Below, piece after piece: positions 1-11,895 of a stretch of 64,000 nt of DNA. Where the stretch lies: positions 8,432,001-8,496,000 of the forward strand of contig CM069160.1 of NCBI GenBank assembly GCA_035221665.1. Direction: 5' to 3'. This stretch comes from Okamejei kenojei (taxonomy: Eukaryota). Numbering within the stretch: position 1 is the stretch's first letter; each line of letters starts with the position of its first letter. The position numbers and the translations under genes are program-made. The notes under the pieces are model-generated. The model saw only the letters and a program-made list of their open reading frames with translations. It was not told the DNA's origin and searched no databases.

Positions 1-2072
1 CGGTCGTCTTGGACTCCATGCCACTGGATCCTGACCCAGATCTGTCAAGGACCATGGGGTGGCTGCCTGTGCACCAGTCTCCCCACGATAAACAAAGTCA
101 CGCACAGGCGTCCTCCAGGAGAGGACAGCCACACTTGTTTCGAGTGATCGCCGATGATGATGAAGACATTAGGAATAATGTGAGCAGCTTTGGGTCCCAT
201 ATCAGAGGAAGTATGTGCTGGTGTTGGAGAGAGAACAGTGCACGTTTACGAGAATGATCCCGGGAATGTTTGGGTTAACGTATGTGGAGCATTTGATGGC
301 TCTGGGCCTGTACTCGCTGGAGTTTGGAAGGAAAGGGGATATTTTATTGAAAACTATCATATAATGAAACGCCTAGATGGTGTGGATGTGGAGAGGATGT
401 TTCCAGTAACATCCAGATCCAGAGGACACAGCCTCGGAATAAAAGGAAGTGCCTTCAGATTGGAGACGAGGAGGAATTTCTTTAGCCGACGGATGGTGAA
501 TCTGAGGAATTAATTATCATAGATGGCTGAGGAGGCTGTTATTGGGTATTTTTAAAGTGGAAATGATAGTTTCTTATTCAGAAAGGGCATGAAAGGTTAC
601 AGGGAGGGAAGTAGAATAGGATTGAGAACGAAAGATCAGCCATAATGGAGGAGAATGGCGGAAAAGACTTGATGGGCTGAATGGCCTAATTCTGCTCCTA
701 TATCTTGAGGTGTTTTGGTCAAAATAGTTTACACCTTCGCAAGCAGCACAGGCAAAACTTAGGTAAGGATGTTGGTTCAATTTCAGTTCAGGTGTAGACA
801 CAAGGAACTGCAGATGCTGGAATCCCGAGCAAAGCACAAAGTGGTGGAGGAACTCAGTGATTCAGGCGGCAACTGTGGAAGGAATGGACGGGCAACGTTT
901 CGAGTCGGGATACTTCTTCAGCCTGATAGGAGTAGGCGGGAGAAAGCTGTAAAAGAGAGATGGGCTGGAACAAAGTGATGGGTGGAAAGCGATAGGTGGA
1001 TACAGGTGAGGGGGAGATTGGGTGGAGCAAGTGACAAAGGCTAGAGGTGAAAAGTAGAAGACAAGTTGTCAGCTAACAGAAGAAGAATTTATAGTTTAGC
1101 TTGGAAACGCGCCCTTCATCCCAACAAGTCCACACCAACCCCTGATCACCAGTTCACACAAGTTCTATCTTATCTCACTTGGGGTAATTGACCTACAAAC
1201 TCGCCTGTTCAAGAAGGAACTGCAGATGCTGGAAAGTCGAAGGTTGACAAAAGTGCTGGAAAAACTCAGTGGGTGCGGCTGCATCTATGGAGCGAAGGAA
1301 ATAAGCAACGTTTCGGGCTGCAGCACCCGCTGTGCTTATCCAGCACTTTTGTCATCCTACAAACTCGCCTGTCTTTGCAATGTGGGAGGAAACCAGGGCA
1401 TTGAGGGAAATCCCACATGGTCAGAGAGAGAACGTGCAAACTCTGCACAGACAGCACCCAAAATCAGGATTGAACCTGTGTCTCTGGCACAACGAGGCAA
1501 TGGCTCTACCAGAATCGCCACTGCCGTGCTCTAAAAGGAGAGGTGAAATGTAAGCTGGAGGGAGGGATGCAGGTGGAAGGGGACAGAGGGAAGGGAACGG
1601 GGGGTGGGGCGGGAGGAAGGGGGGGGTTGGTGGTGGGGGGGAGGGGGCGGGGGGGGGGGAATAAAAGGGAAATTATGGAGGAGCGTAAAGGGTCAGCATG
1701 ACTGGAGATTGTCCAGGTGCAAGCTGTCCAGCTTGTGAAAGTCACACTTGCCCCAGAAGTGGCCTCTTTATTGTAAAAACCTACAACTACCTTTCCCATA
1801 CTACTCGCCACACATTCATCAGACCTGCCATCCCATTGCCCTTCTTGTACCCAGTGGAAGGTGGCTCCAGAGACAGAAGGGTCCAGACCCAAAATGTCAC
1901 CTAGCCACGTTCTCCAGCGACAATTTCTTCACAGGAGCTATCAGACAATTGGGCAACAAGGTACACAAGGTATACAAATAGTCAGCACATAAAGGGCGCT
2001 TACAAAGTTGCGGTGGGCCGAAGGCCCTTTAATTCCTCACTGCACCTCTAAACTAAACTGTATTGAACCGTG

Positions 2073-2715
2073 ATAACCATATAACAACCATACAACAATT
2101 ACAGCACGGAAACAGGCCCTCTCGGCCCTTCCAGTCCGTGCCGACCATTTGTTTTCCCCTAGTCCCATCTACCTGCACTCAAACCATACCCCTCCATTCC
2201 CTTCACGTCCATATACCTATCCACTTTACTCTTAAATGTTAAAATCGATCCTGCCTCCACCACTTCTGCTGGAAGCTCATTCCACACAGCCACCACCCTC
2301 TGAGTAAAGAAGTTCCCCCTCACGTTACCCCGAAACCTCTGTCCCTTAATTCTCATGTCATGCCCTCTTGTTTGAATCTTCCCTACCCTCAATGGGAAAA
2401 ACGTATCCACGTCAACTCTGTCTATCCCTTTCATCATTTTAAAGACCTCAATCAAGTCCCCCCTTAACCTTCTGCGCTCCAAAGAATAAAGACCTAACTT
2501 GTTCAACCTTTCTCTGTAACATAGTTGCTGGAACCCTGGCAACATTCTAGTAAATCTCCTCTGTACTCTCTCTATTTTGTTGACATCCTTCCTATAACTA
2601 GGCGACCAAAATTGTACACCATACTCCAGAATTGGTCTTACCAATGCCTTGTACAATTTTAACATTACTTCCCTACTCCTATATTCAATGTTCTGATTTA
2701 TAAAGGCCAGCACAT
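2073..2715 (-). mobile_element. CR1-clade LINE 3' end, (taaccata)n-tail subfamily
   Basis: LYKALVRPILEYGVQFWSP...[15 protein letters not shown]...TRGH...FFTQRVV..WN.LP. Confidence 0.9.
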
Positions 2716-3694
2716 CATAAATTAAAGAGCAGTCCTGAGCCACTATCAATTTAATTGGAAACCCATCAGATTATCTTTAATTGGACTTTACTGGACTTCA
2801 TCTTGCACTCAACATTATTCCCTAATCCTGCATCTGTGCACTGTGGATGGATCCATTGTAATCCAGTATAGTCTTCCCACTGAGTCGATAGCATGCAACA
2901 AAAAGCTTTGCACTGTACCTCAGCACACCTGATTATAAACTAAACTAACTGTCCTGCTAAATTACTCCAGAATTTTGTGTCGTTCCTGTGCGCGCCAGCA
3001 TCTGGTTAACAAATGCTCTCTTGAACTTCTACAGGTTTACGGTAGAGAGCATATTGACTGGTTGCAACACGTCCTGGTTTGATAACTCGAATGCCCAGGA
3101 ATGAACAAGACTGCAATAAGTTGTGAACACTGCCCAGTCCGTCATGGTTATGACCGAGATGCGAAATCTTTTTTCACACAGAGAGTGGTGAATCTGTGGA
3201 ATTCTCTGCCACAGAAAGTAGTTGAGGCCAGTTCGTTGGCCATATTTAAGAGGGAGTTGGATGTGGCCCTTGTGGCTGAAGGGATCAGGGGGTATGGAGA
3301 GAAGGCAGGTACAGGATACTGAGTTGGATGATCAGCCATGATAATATTGAATGGCGGTGCAGGCTCGAAGGGCCGAATGGCCTGCTCCTGCATCTAATTT
3401 CTATGTTTCTATGAACTTCCCACCATTGAAGGGATCTATCTGCAGGAGTCACTGCCTCAAAAAAGCAGCCTGCATCATCAGAGACCCACACCACCCTGGC
3501 CACTCTCTCATTTGACTCCTGCCATAGGGAAGAAGGTACAGGAGCCTGAAAACTGTAATGTCCAGATTCAAGAGAGACTTCTTCCTGAAACTATCAAGTG
3601 ATTAAACACTACAAACTGCAAATAAGCTCTGAACTACAGTGTATAGACTTGGGACATTTTTTTTGTCTTTGCACTATTATTGTTTGGTTTTCGT

Positions 3695-4198
3695 TTTAGC
3701 CATCGATGGAGCTGGCGGCCTCCTCAGACTGACATAAGCCCCACCGCGGGGCGTGGATTTAACATCGGAGTCGATCCCTTGCCCGGGATCACTCCAACCT
3801 GCGGTCTGCGGACTTTACCAGCGTGAGCTCGCAGTCTCGGGAGAGGCTAGTCGGGAGCTCCAGCGACACAGATGCTCGACCAGTCCCGACCCGGGGTTGA
3901 GGAGCTGACATCCCCCGATGCGGAGGGCCCAAACGCCGCCGGCTACGGGAGTCAAGATCGTCCCGTGAACGGAGGGCTCAAGGCCCCCGACCGCGGGAGA
4001 GCAAAGAAGGGAAGAGATTTTCTCACCTTCCATCACTGTGAGGAATATGGAGGAGTCACTGTGGTGGATGTTTATGTTAAATGTATTTTGTATGTTCCGC
4101 TGCTTTTTACTTGTATGACTGACTTAGCAAATGAAATTCCTCGAGTATTGCCAAACATATTTGGCTGATAAAGTATTATTGTGATTGTGATTGTGATT
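3695..4198 (+). mobile_element. Unclassified GC/CpG-rich retroposon-like insertion with (attgtg)n tail
   Basis: Sharp composition change and a short tandem-repeat tail; no recognisable protein. Confidence 0.4.
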
Positions 4199-4287
4199 TT
4201 TTGTTGTTTATTATGATGTTAGCTGAGTACTATATTTACATATCTGCTGTGCTGCTGCAAAGAATAATTTTGCCTTGGACTTTCTTA

Positions 4288-4544
4288 AGGGCCTGTCCCA
4301 CTTTCACGAGGTAATTCACGAATTCTCCCGAGTTTTCCCCTGATTCAAACTCGCAGAATGTTCGTAACGAGTCCGTAGGAGGTCGAAGGAGTTCGTAGAT
4401 ATATCGTAGCGGCTCGTTATGCCAGCCACAGGTACTCGTGGCATCAGGTGAGTCGGGAAGCCTTTTCCTGCCCGATAAAAAATATGAACGAGCAAAAAAA
4501 TAGTCGGGATGAAAGAATTAAGTCGTGAAAGTGGGACCGGCCCT
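4288..4544. mobile_element. PIF/Harbinger-type MITE with TTA TSD
   Basis: TTA|AGGGCCTGTCCCACTTTCACGA...TCGTGAAAGTGGGACCGGCCCT|TTA. Confidence 0.75.
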
Positions 4545-4739
4545 TTAGACTTAGATTTAGAGACAAAGTGCGGAAACATTATTTTAATTGTTCCATTTAA
4601 GGACATATGACAATAAAACACTCTTAACTCTTGGTCTGTAGTTCCTTGCTTCCAACAGAGAATACTACCCTGCTTTTTTAATCTGTGACCCAGCTATTTA
4701 AATTCATGTGGCATGACCCTCACCTCTCTTCACAGTTTT

Positions 4740-5456
4740 CATAGAATCATAGAAAATAGGTGCAGGAGTAGGCCATTCGGCCCTTCGAGCCTGCACCGCC
4801 ATTCAATATGTTCATGGCTGATCATCCAACTCAGTATCCGTACCTGCCTTCTCTCCATACCCCCTGATCCCTTTAGCCACAAGGGCCACACCTAACTCCC
4901 TCTTAAATATAGCCAGTGAACTGGCCTCAACTACCTTCTGTGGCAGAGAATTCCACAGATTCACCCCTCTCTGGGTGAAAAATGATTTTCTCATCTCGGT
5001 CCTAAAATACTTCCCCCTTATCCTTAAACTGTGACCCCTTGTTCTGGAGTTCCCCAACATCAGGAACAATCTTCCTCCATCTAGCCTGTCCAACCCCTTA
5101 AGAATTTTGTAAGTCTCTATAAGATCCTCCCTCAATCTTCAAAATTCCAGTGAGTACAAGCCGAGTCTACCCAGTCTTTCTTCATGTGGAAGTCCTGCCA
5201 TCCCAGGAATCAGTCTGGTGAACCTTCTCTGTACTCCCTCTGTGGCAAGAATGTCTTTCCTCAGATTAGGAGACCAAAACTGTACGCAATACTCCAGGTG
5301 TGGCCTCACCAAGACCCTGTACAACTGGAGTAGTACCTCCCTGCTCTTGTACTCAAATCCTTTTGCTATGAATGCCAACATACCATTCGCTTTCTTCACA
5401 GCCTGCTGCACCTGCATGCCTACTTTCAATGACTGGTGTACCATGACACCCAGGTC
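4740..5456 (-). mobile_element. CR1 3' end, (tttctatg)n-tail subfamily
   Basis: ORFs 5139-5444 and 4812-5135 carry CR1 C-terminal motifs. Similar copies at about 3151-3413, 10139-10553, 25936-26440, 28530-29092, 32760-33230 and 52375-52877. Confidence 0.9.
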
Positions 5457-6394
5457 TATATTTTGCTATTAATACCAATGTAGACAGTCACCCATTGTTT
5501 GTCCATCCCTTTCGAATGTTCTGTAACATTCCTGATCCTTGGCAGGTTAAAGGAAACTAGGTCTCCAAATGTTTAAAGAGAGAGGAGAGTGAAGCAAAAA
5601 GCTGCAGCTGCTGGAAATCTGCGACAAAAACAGAAAATACCTGCAATACCAGCAGTCTGTGGAGCAACAGAGGCATCATTTCCGATCAGTGACCTCTCAG
5701 CAGATGTCACAGGTAGATAGTATGGTCAGTAAGGCTTTCGGCACATTGCCCTTCATCAGTCAGTGTATTGAGTGTAGAAGTTAGGATAGACACAAATGCT
5801 AGAGTAATTCAGCAGGTCAGGCAGCATCTCTGGAGAAAATGCTCAGGACACGTTTTGGGCCTTCAGATTGAATCGGTGGACAGCAAACAGATGGAAACCA
5901 AATTAACCTGCAAACCTGCAAGCCTTTTGGGTGTGGGAGGAAACCGGAGCACCCAGAGATCGCAGGTCACAGGGAGAACGTACAAACCCCGGGCAGACAG
6001 CATCCGTAGTCAGGATCGAATCCGATTCCCTGGCGCTGTAAGACAGCAACCCTACCACTGCGCCAGTAACAAGCGAACGCCACACTGTTAGGTAGAGAAC
6101 TGATAGAATTGACAGCCGATAGACACGAAATGCTGTGTAACAAGAGAATCCTCTTTGACATAACGAATCTCCGTAATCCTCTCAGGAAGTAGAGGCGGGA
6201 TCGAACCCGGTTTTAGCAACTCTACCACTGTGCCACCCATGCCATCTCCCTGAAACCCAGCTGTCAGTCAACATTCTGCCTGTTCTGCAACATTGCTAAT
6301 CACATATCAATAATCGAGTTCTGTTCGTGGGGCATTCCCACTAATGTCGGACCGACTGGAGAATGGATGGGTGGGAACATCTCTGTTGGATAGA

Positions 6395-6750
6395 GGCGAA
6401 ACTGAGGGAGTGCTGCGCTGATTTACTGAGATAGCACTGAACTTTGAGACATAGCAATGGAGTGCTGCACCGTTGGACATGGGTAATGAGGGAATACCTC
6501 ACTGTTAGATAGAAAACTGGGGGAATGCTGCACAGTTGGATAGTGAACTGAGGAAGTACTGCAATGTTGAGCAGGGGGAACTGAAGGAGTGCTGCAATGT
6601 TGGACAGGCGAACTGAGGGTGGGCTGCACTGTTGTGCAGAGGGCTCTTTGGATAGAGAAACTGATGGAAAGCTGCACTGTTGCGCAGCGAATTGATGGAA
6701 CGCTGCATGGTTGGATGGATCTGAGGAAGCACAGCTCTGTTGGACTGTGA
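6395..6750. repeat. Degenerate ~35-bp tandem repeat (actgagggagtgctgcactgttgga...)
   Basis: About 9 diverged units; a related short array lies at about 13940-14110. Confidence 0.75.
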
Positions 6751-6759
6751 ACTGTGGGA

Positions 6760-7640
6760 TACCTGCCCTCTACAAAACCTGTCCTGTACACCACCTGTCT
6801 CCAACACTACCTGCCTCATCAGTCCCCTATACTACCTGCCCATACCTGTCTATTCAACAAACTATCCTCTACTGTCCCCAACACTACCTGTCCCCACCTG
6901 TTCCTTTAAACTGCCTGTCCCCCACACTACCTGATCACTACACAACCTGTCCACACCTGTCCTCTACACTAACTGTTCACTACACTACCTGCCCAAACCC
7001 GTTTCCTGCACAAACTGTCCTCTAGTACTGTCCCCCACACTTCCTGTCCACATCTATCCCCTACACTACCTGATCACTACACTACCTGGCCACATCTGTC
7101 CCCTACACGACCTGTCCCTACACTACCTGTCCCAACACTACCTGTCCCTTCACTACCTGTCCCTACACTACCTGTCCCTACACTACCTATCCATACACTA
7201 CCTGTCCCTTCACCTCCTGCCCCTACACTACCTGTCCCTACACTACCTGTCCCAACACTACCTGTCCCTTCACTACCTGCCCCTACACTACCTGTCCCTA
7301 CACTACCTATCCATACACTACCTGTCCCTTCACCTCCTGCCCCTACACTACCTGTCCCTACACTACCTGTCCCAACACTACCTGTCCCTACACTACCTGT
7401 CCCAACACTACCTGTCCCTTCACTACCTACCCCTACACTACCTGTCCCTACACTACCTACCCCTACACTACCTGTCCCTACACTACCTATCCATACACTA
7501 CCTTTCCCTTCCACTACCTGACTCATACTTTGAAGGCCATTGAACTACCTGCCCTGTGCATGTTTTGCTCCTACACTAGATATGCACCCGTTTCCTACAG
7601 TACCTGTCCCCTGTACTACCGGTTCTCTACACTACCTGTC
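6760..7640. repeat. 15-bp minisatellite (ACACTACCTGTCCCT)n with degenerate flanks
   Basis: Regular core at 7100-7510; 7201-7260 and 7321-7380 are identical, implying a 120-bp higher-order unit. Confidence 0.95.
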
Positions 7641-7654
7641 ACAGTTGCCCCCTG

Positions 7655-7948
7655 CACGGTGGCGCAGCGGTAGAATTGCTGCCTTACCCGCACCAGAGAC
7701 CTGGGTTCCATCCTGACTAAGGGGCTGACTGTACGGAGTTTGTACGTTCTCCCCGTGACCTTGCGAGGGTTTTCTCCGGGTGCTCCGGTATCACCCAACA
7801 CTCCAAAGACGGGCAGGTTTGTAGGTTAATTCGCTTGGTATAATTGTAAATTGTTCCCAGTGTATGGGATCATGCTAACGTGCAGGGATTGCTGGTTGGT
7901 GCGGATTTGGAGGGCTGAAGGGCCTGTTTCTCTAAACTAAACTAAACT
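7655..7948 (+). mobile_element. HE1-type tRNA-derived SINE
   Basis: cacggtggcgcagcggtaga (A box)...gggttccatcct (B box)...tttgtacgttctccccgtgacc core...(taaac)n tail. Further copies at about 11950-12240, 17184-17505, 17808-18287, 20995-21560 (-), 24240-24520 (-) and 49130-49470. Confidence 0.85.
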
Positions 7949-9998
7949 TCATCCACTCCACACAACCAGCCTCCGTTGTCTGCTGTTCTTTAGGGGTTTA
8001 TTGGAATTGAATGATTGCAGAGGGCAATTAAGACCCAACCACAATAGCCAAAGCCATTAAGCATGGCATATTTCCTTTCTACAGGAGATTAAAGTATCAG
8101 ATGAAACCACTGGTTTCCATAAAAAGTATGTCTTTATTTCCACATTTCATTTAGTTTAGCTTAGAGATATAGTGCGGAAACAGGCCCTTCGGCCCACCGA
8201 GCCTGCCGCGATCCCCCAACATTAACACTGTCTGACACACACGCCAATACTGTTAGTCTTTGGAGTGTGAGAGGAAACCGAAACATAGAAACATAGAAAC
8301 ATAGAAACATAGAAAATACGTGCAGGAGGAGGCCATTCGGTCCTTCGAGCCAGCACCGCCACTCATTGTAATCATGGCTGATTGTCCCCTATCAATAACC
8401 AGTGCCTGCCTTCTCCCCATATCCCTTGACTCCACCAGCCCCTAGAGCTCTATCTAACTCTCTCTTAAATCCATCCAGTGACTTGGCCTCCACTGCCCTC
8501 TGTGGCAGGGAATTCCATAAATTCACAACTCTCTGGGTGAAAACTTTTTTTCTCACCTCAGTCTTAAATGACCCCCCCCCCCCCCCCCCTTATTCTAAGT
8601 AAGATCTCGGAGAAAACCCACGCGGTCTCGGGGAGAACGTACAAACTCCGTACAGACAGCAGCCGTAGTTGGGATTGAACCGGAGTTTTCGGAGCTGCAA
8701 GTGCTGTAAGGCAGCAACTGTTCATATTTTTCATATTTTTTAATTTATCACCATGTGCTATGGTGGGATTCGACCCCTGTCCTGACTTATTATGTAATTA
8801 ATCCGGAGATAACACCACTACGCCATCATCTCCCTGGTGAACCTGGTGTTGACCGATCGCTCTTCTCTCCGTGCTACCAGTCATCGTGGGGTGACTAGTT
8901 CACTAAATGATGCTCTCGGCATCACAGATGTTCCACAGTGGAACCATCAGTAATGCGTGAAGGCATTTATTTTCAGCGCATTCCTGCAGGTTCAATCGTT
9001 ATATATTCTTATGTCTGTGAGCCTCATGTATAATTCATCTCAGCCAGTTCAGTTTAGCTTATTGTCAAGTGTACCATGGTACAGCGAAAAGCTTTTTGTT
9101 GTGTGCTAACCAGTCAGCAGAAAGACAATATATGATTACAATCAATCAATTCACGTGATAAGGGTATGACATTTAGTGCAAGGTAAAGCCAGCATAGTCC
9201 GAGGGACATCAAAGAGGTAGATAGTAGTTCAGCACTGCTCACTGGTTGTGGTCGGGTGATTCAGTTGCCCGATCTCAACTGAGGGAAACATCATCATTAC
9301 ATTTAACTTGCCATACTCTGTACTCTAAAGAAGGGCCCCAAACCGAACCATTGCGTGCTCATTTCACCCCCACCCCCGTAGATGCTACTAATCCATTGAG
9401 TTCCACAACCACTTTGTGTTTTGCTCAAGATTTCAGCATCTGCCCTTTGTTGTGTCTCTGTGAGTCCCTTATGTTTTAGAGTCATACAGAGTGGAAACAG
9501 GCCATTCGGCCCAACATGTATGTCCCAGCTACACTAGTCCCATCTCCCTGAGTTTGGTCCATATCCCTCCAAACCTGTACTATCCATGTAACTGTCTGTT
9601 TCTTAAATGTTGGGATGGTCCCGGCCTCAACTACCTCCTCTGGCACCTCATTCCATACACCCACCACCCTTTGTGTGGAAAAAGTTACCCATCAGATTCC
9701 TATTCCTCTCTTCACCTTAAACCAATATCCTCTGGACCTCGATTCCCCTACTCTGGGCAAGAGACTCTGTCCGTCTACCCGATGTATTCCTCTCATGATT
9801 TTATACACCCATATAAGATCACCTTTCATCCACCTGCGCTCCAAGGAATTGAGTCCCAGCCTGCTCAACCTCTACCCGATAGCCCAGACCCTCAAGTCCT
9901 GGCAACATCCTCGTAAATCTTCTCTGGACGCCAACCAGATCACTCTTCAAAACTGAAGATGATAAGCAAATAATATTCTGATGTCCTTTTAATACATT

Positions 9999-10020
9999 TT
10001 TATTATAATTTCTCTTTATT
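9999..10020 (-). terminator. Candidate polyadenylation signals of the class I gene
   Basis: Two minus-strand AATAAA hexamers (10020-10015, 10004-9999) in a non-repeat AT-rich stretch about 1.75 kb after the stop codon. Confidence 0.4.
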
Positions 10021-11686
10021 ACCCATTGCATAATAGAAAATAGTATTTTGACATTCATTTAATATATTTGTATTAAATATATTATACAATATATGATAAA
10101 TTTTACAGCAAAAACAGGTGATCTTAAAAAGACAACAGGACTCGCTAGAATTTAGAAGATTGAGGGGGGGATCTTATAGAAACTTACAAATTCTTAAAGG
10201 GTTGGACAGGCTAGATGCAGGAAGATTGTTCCCAATGTTGGTGAGGTCCAGAACAAGGGGTCACAGTTTAAGGATAAGGGGGAATTCCTTTAGGACCGAG
10301 ATGAGGAAAACATTTTTCACACAGAGAGTGGTGAGTCTCTGGAATTCTCTGCCACAGAGGTAGTTGAGGCCAGTTCATTGGCTATATTTAAGAGGGAGTT
10401 AGATGTGGTCCTTGTTGCTAAAGGGATCAGGGGGTATGGAGAGAAAGCAGGTCCAGGATACTGAGTTGAATGATCAGCCATGATCATATTGAATGGCGGT
10501 GCAGGCTCGAAGGGCCAAATGGCCTACTCCTGCACCTATTTTCTGTTTCTATGACACAGACCCTGGTGAGTTTAAAGGGAGTGAGGCCAACATACCCCGG
10601 CATTTTAAAGGATGAGTATAACTGGGCTCCAGTGTGTGAGAGGGAGGGTGGGAGTCAGCTTCTGCCTCATGTGGACTACCAGGATTTCCAAATAATTGGT
10701 TAGTGGACAATCGGTATTTGCCTACATTGTGGAACTGATAAAAAGCATTAATCACAAAAGCTGGTGTAACTCAGCTGGTCAGGCAGCGTCTCTGGGGGAA
10801 AGGAATAGCTGACGCTTTGGGTTCAGACCCTTCTTGAGACCAAGAGTCAGGAGGGAGGGAAACTTAGAGATATGAAAAGTAAAAGTGATATCTCAGATCA
10901 AAAGGCCTGGACAGAGTGATTGTGGCGAGGATGATTCAAGTAGTGGAAGATTCTAGGACCAGAGGGCACAGCCGCAGAATAAAAGGACGTGCCATTAGAA
11001 TGGAGATGAAGAGGAGTTTCTTGATTCTGGTGAATCTGTAGAATCCATTACCACGGGTGTCTGTGGAGGCTAGGTTATTGGATATTTTTAAAGCGGAGAT
11101 TGATAGGTTCTTGATTAGCAAGAGCGTCAAAGGTTACAGGGGGAAGAAAGGAGAATGGGATTGAGAGGGGAAAAAAAAAATAATGGAATGCTTTGAATGT
11201 ATGGCAGAGCAGACTTGATGGGCTCAATGGCCTAATTCTGGTCCCAATGACATGATCTTGTGAAAAGCTCAGGCTTGGCACAAAGCTTGCAGTCCACAGG
11301 GCAGCAGTGGTAACTGGTCTTCTGGGGATATCTATCTACAACATCCATGGATGCTGCGTGACCTGCTGAGCGGTTCCCGTTTTTATTTCGGAGTGCTCTC
11401 TGTGTGGAGTTTGCACGTTCTCACTGGGACTGTGTGCGTTTTCTCAGGGTGCTCCGGTTTCCTCCCACACTCCAAAGGAGTGCGGGCTTGTAGGTTAATT
11501 GGCTTCAGTCAAATTTATAAATTGCCCGTAGCGTGTAGGATCGTGCTAGTATGCAGGGTGATCGCTGGTCAGTGCAGACTCAGTGGGCTGAGGGGTCAGT
11601 TTCCACACTGTATCTCCAAAGTCTAAAGAATCATCCATTCCAATGAGAGGGCACAAGTACACTCGAGTAGGATCCATGATTGGGGA

Positions 11687-11794
11687 TAGACACAAAATGC
11701 TGGAGTAAATCAGCGGGACAGGCAGCATCTCTGGTGAGAAGGAATGGGTGACGTTTCGGGTCGAGACCCTTATTCAGACGGGGCAGTCAGACTT
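11687..11794 (-). mobile_element. Short Penelope-derived insertion with 12-bp TSD inside the last class I exon
   Basis: CATGATTGGGGA flanks both sides (11675-11686 and 11795-11806). The interior matches the abundant gtctgaagaagggtctcgacccgaaacgtcacc...gagttactccagcattttgtgtcta repeat that follows GIY-YIG fragments elsewhere in the window. Confidence 0.8.
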
Positions 11795-11895
11795 CATGAT
11801 TGGGGAGTCTGACTGGGGAAGCATTTTCTCTTCCTCGTTCCCGTCAACTCCTCCTGCTGTTACATCCTTCGGCAAAGACTCACTGCTGGTGGAAC
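11774..11895 (-). CDS. MHC class I exon 7, terminal cytoplasmic exon ([40 protein letters not shown])
   Basis: Acceptor tttctatcttAG, phase 1, open to TGA at 11776-11774. The last six residues and the stop come from a repeat insertion. An internal GTGAGT could be an alternative donor. Confidence 0.68.

Noticed and set aside
7077-7526. 149-aa ORF of GTGSV pentapeptide repeats
   Set aside because: It is the translation of a 15-bp minisatellite; no splice sites, signal peptide or unique coding context.
6395-7640. CRISPR-like appearance of regularly spaced repeats
   Set aside because: Units are contiguous tandem repeats with no unique spacers, there are no cas genes, and the DNA is vertebrate.
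7655-7730. tRNA-like sequences (also near 17184, 17808, 49130)
   Set aside because: They are SINE heads that continue into the SINE core and tail; no complete cloverleaf.
11640-11672. Tyrosine sorting motif in the inferred pre-insertion tail (RVYLCPL)
   Set aside because: YLCP does not fit YxxPhi because Pro occupies the +3 position.
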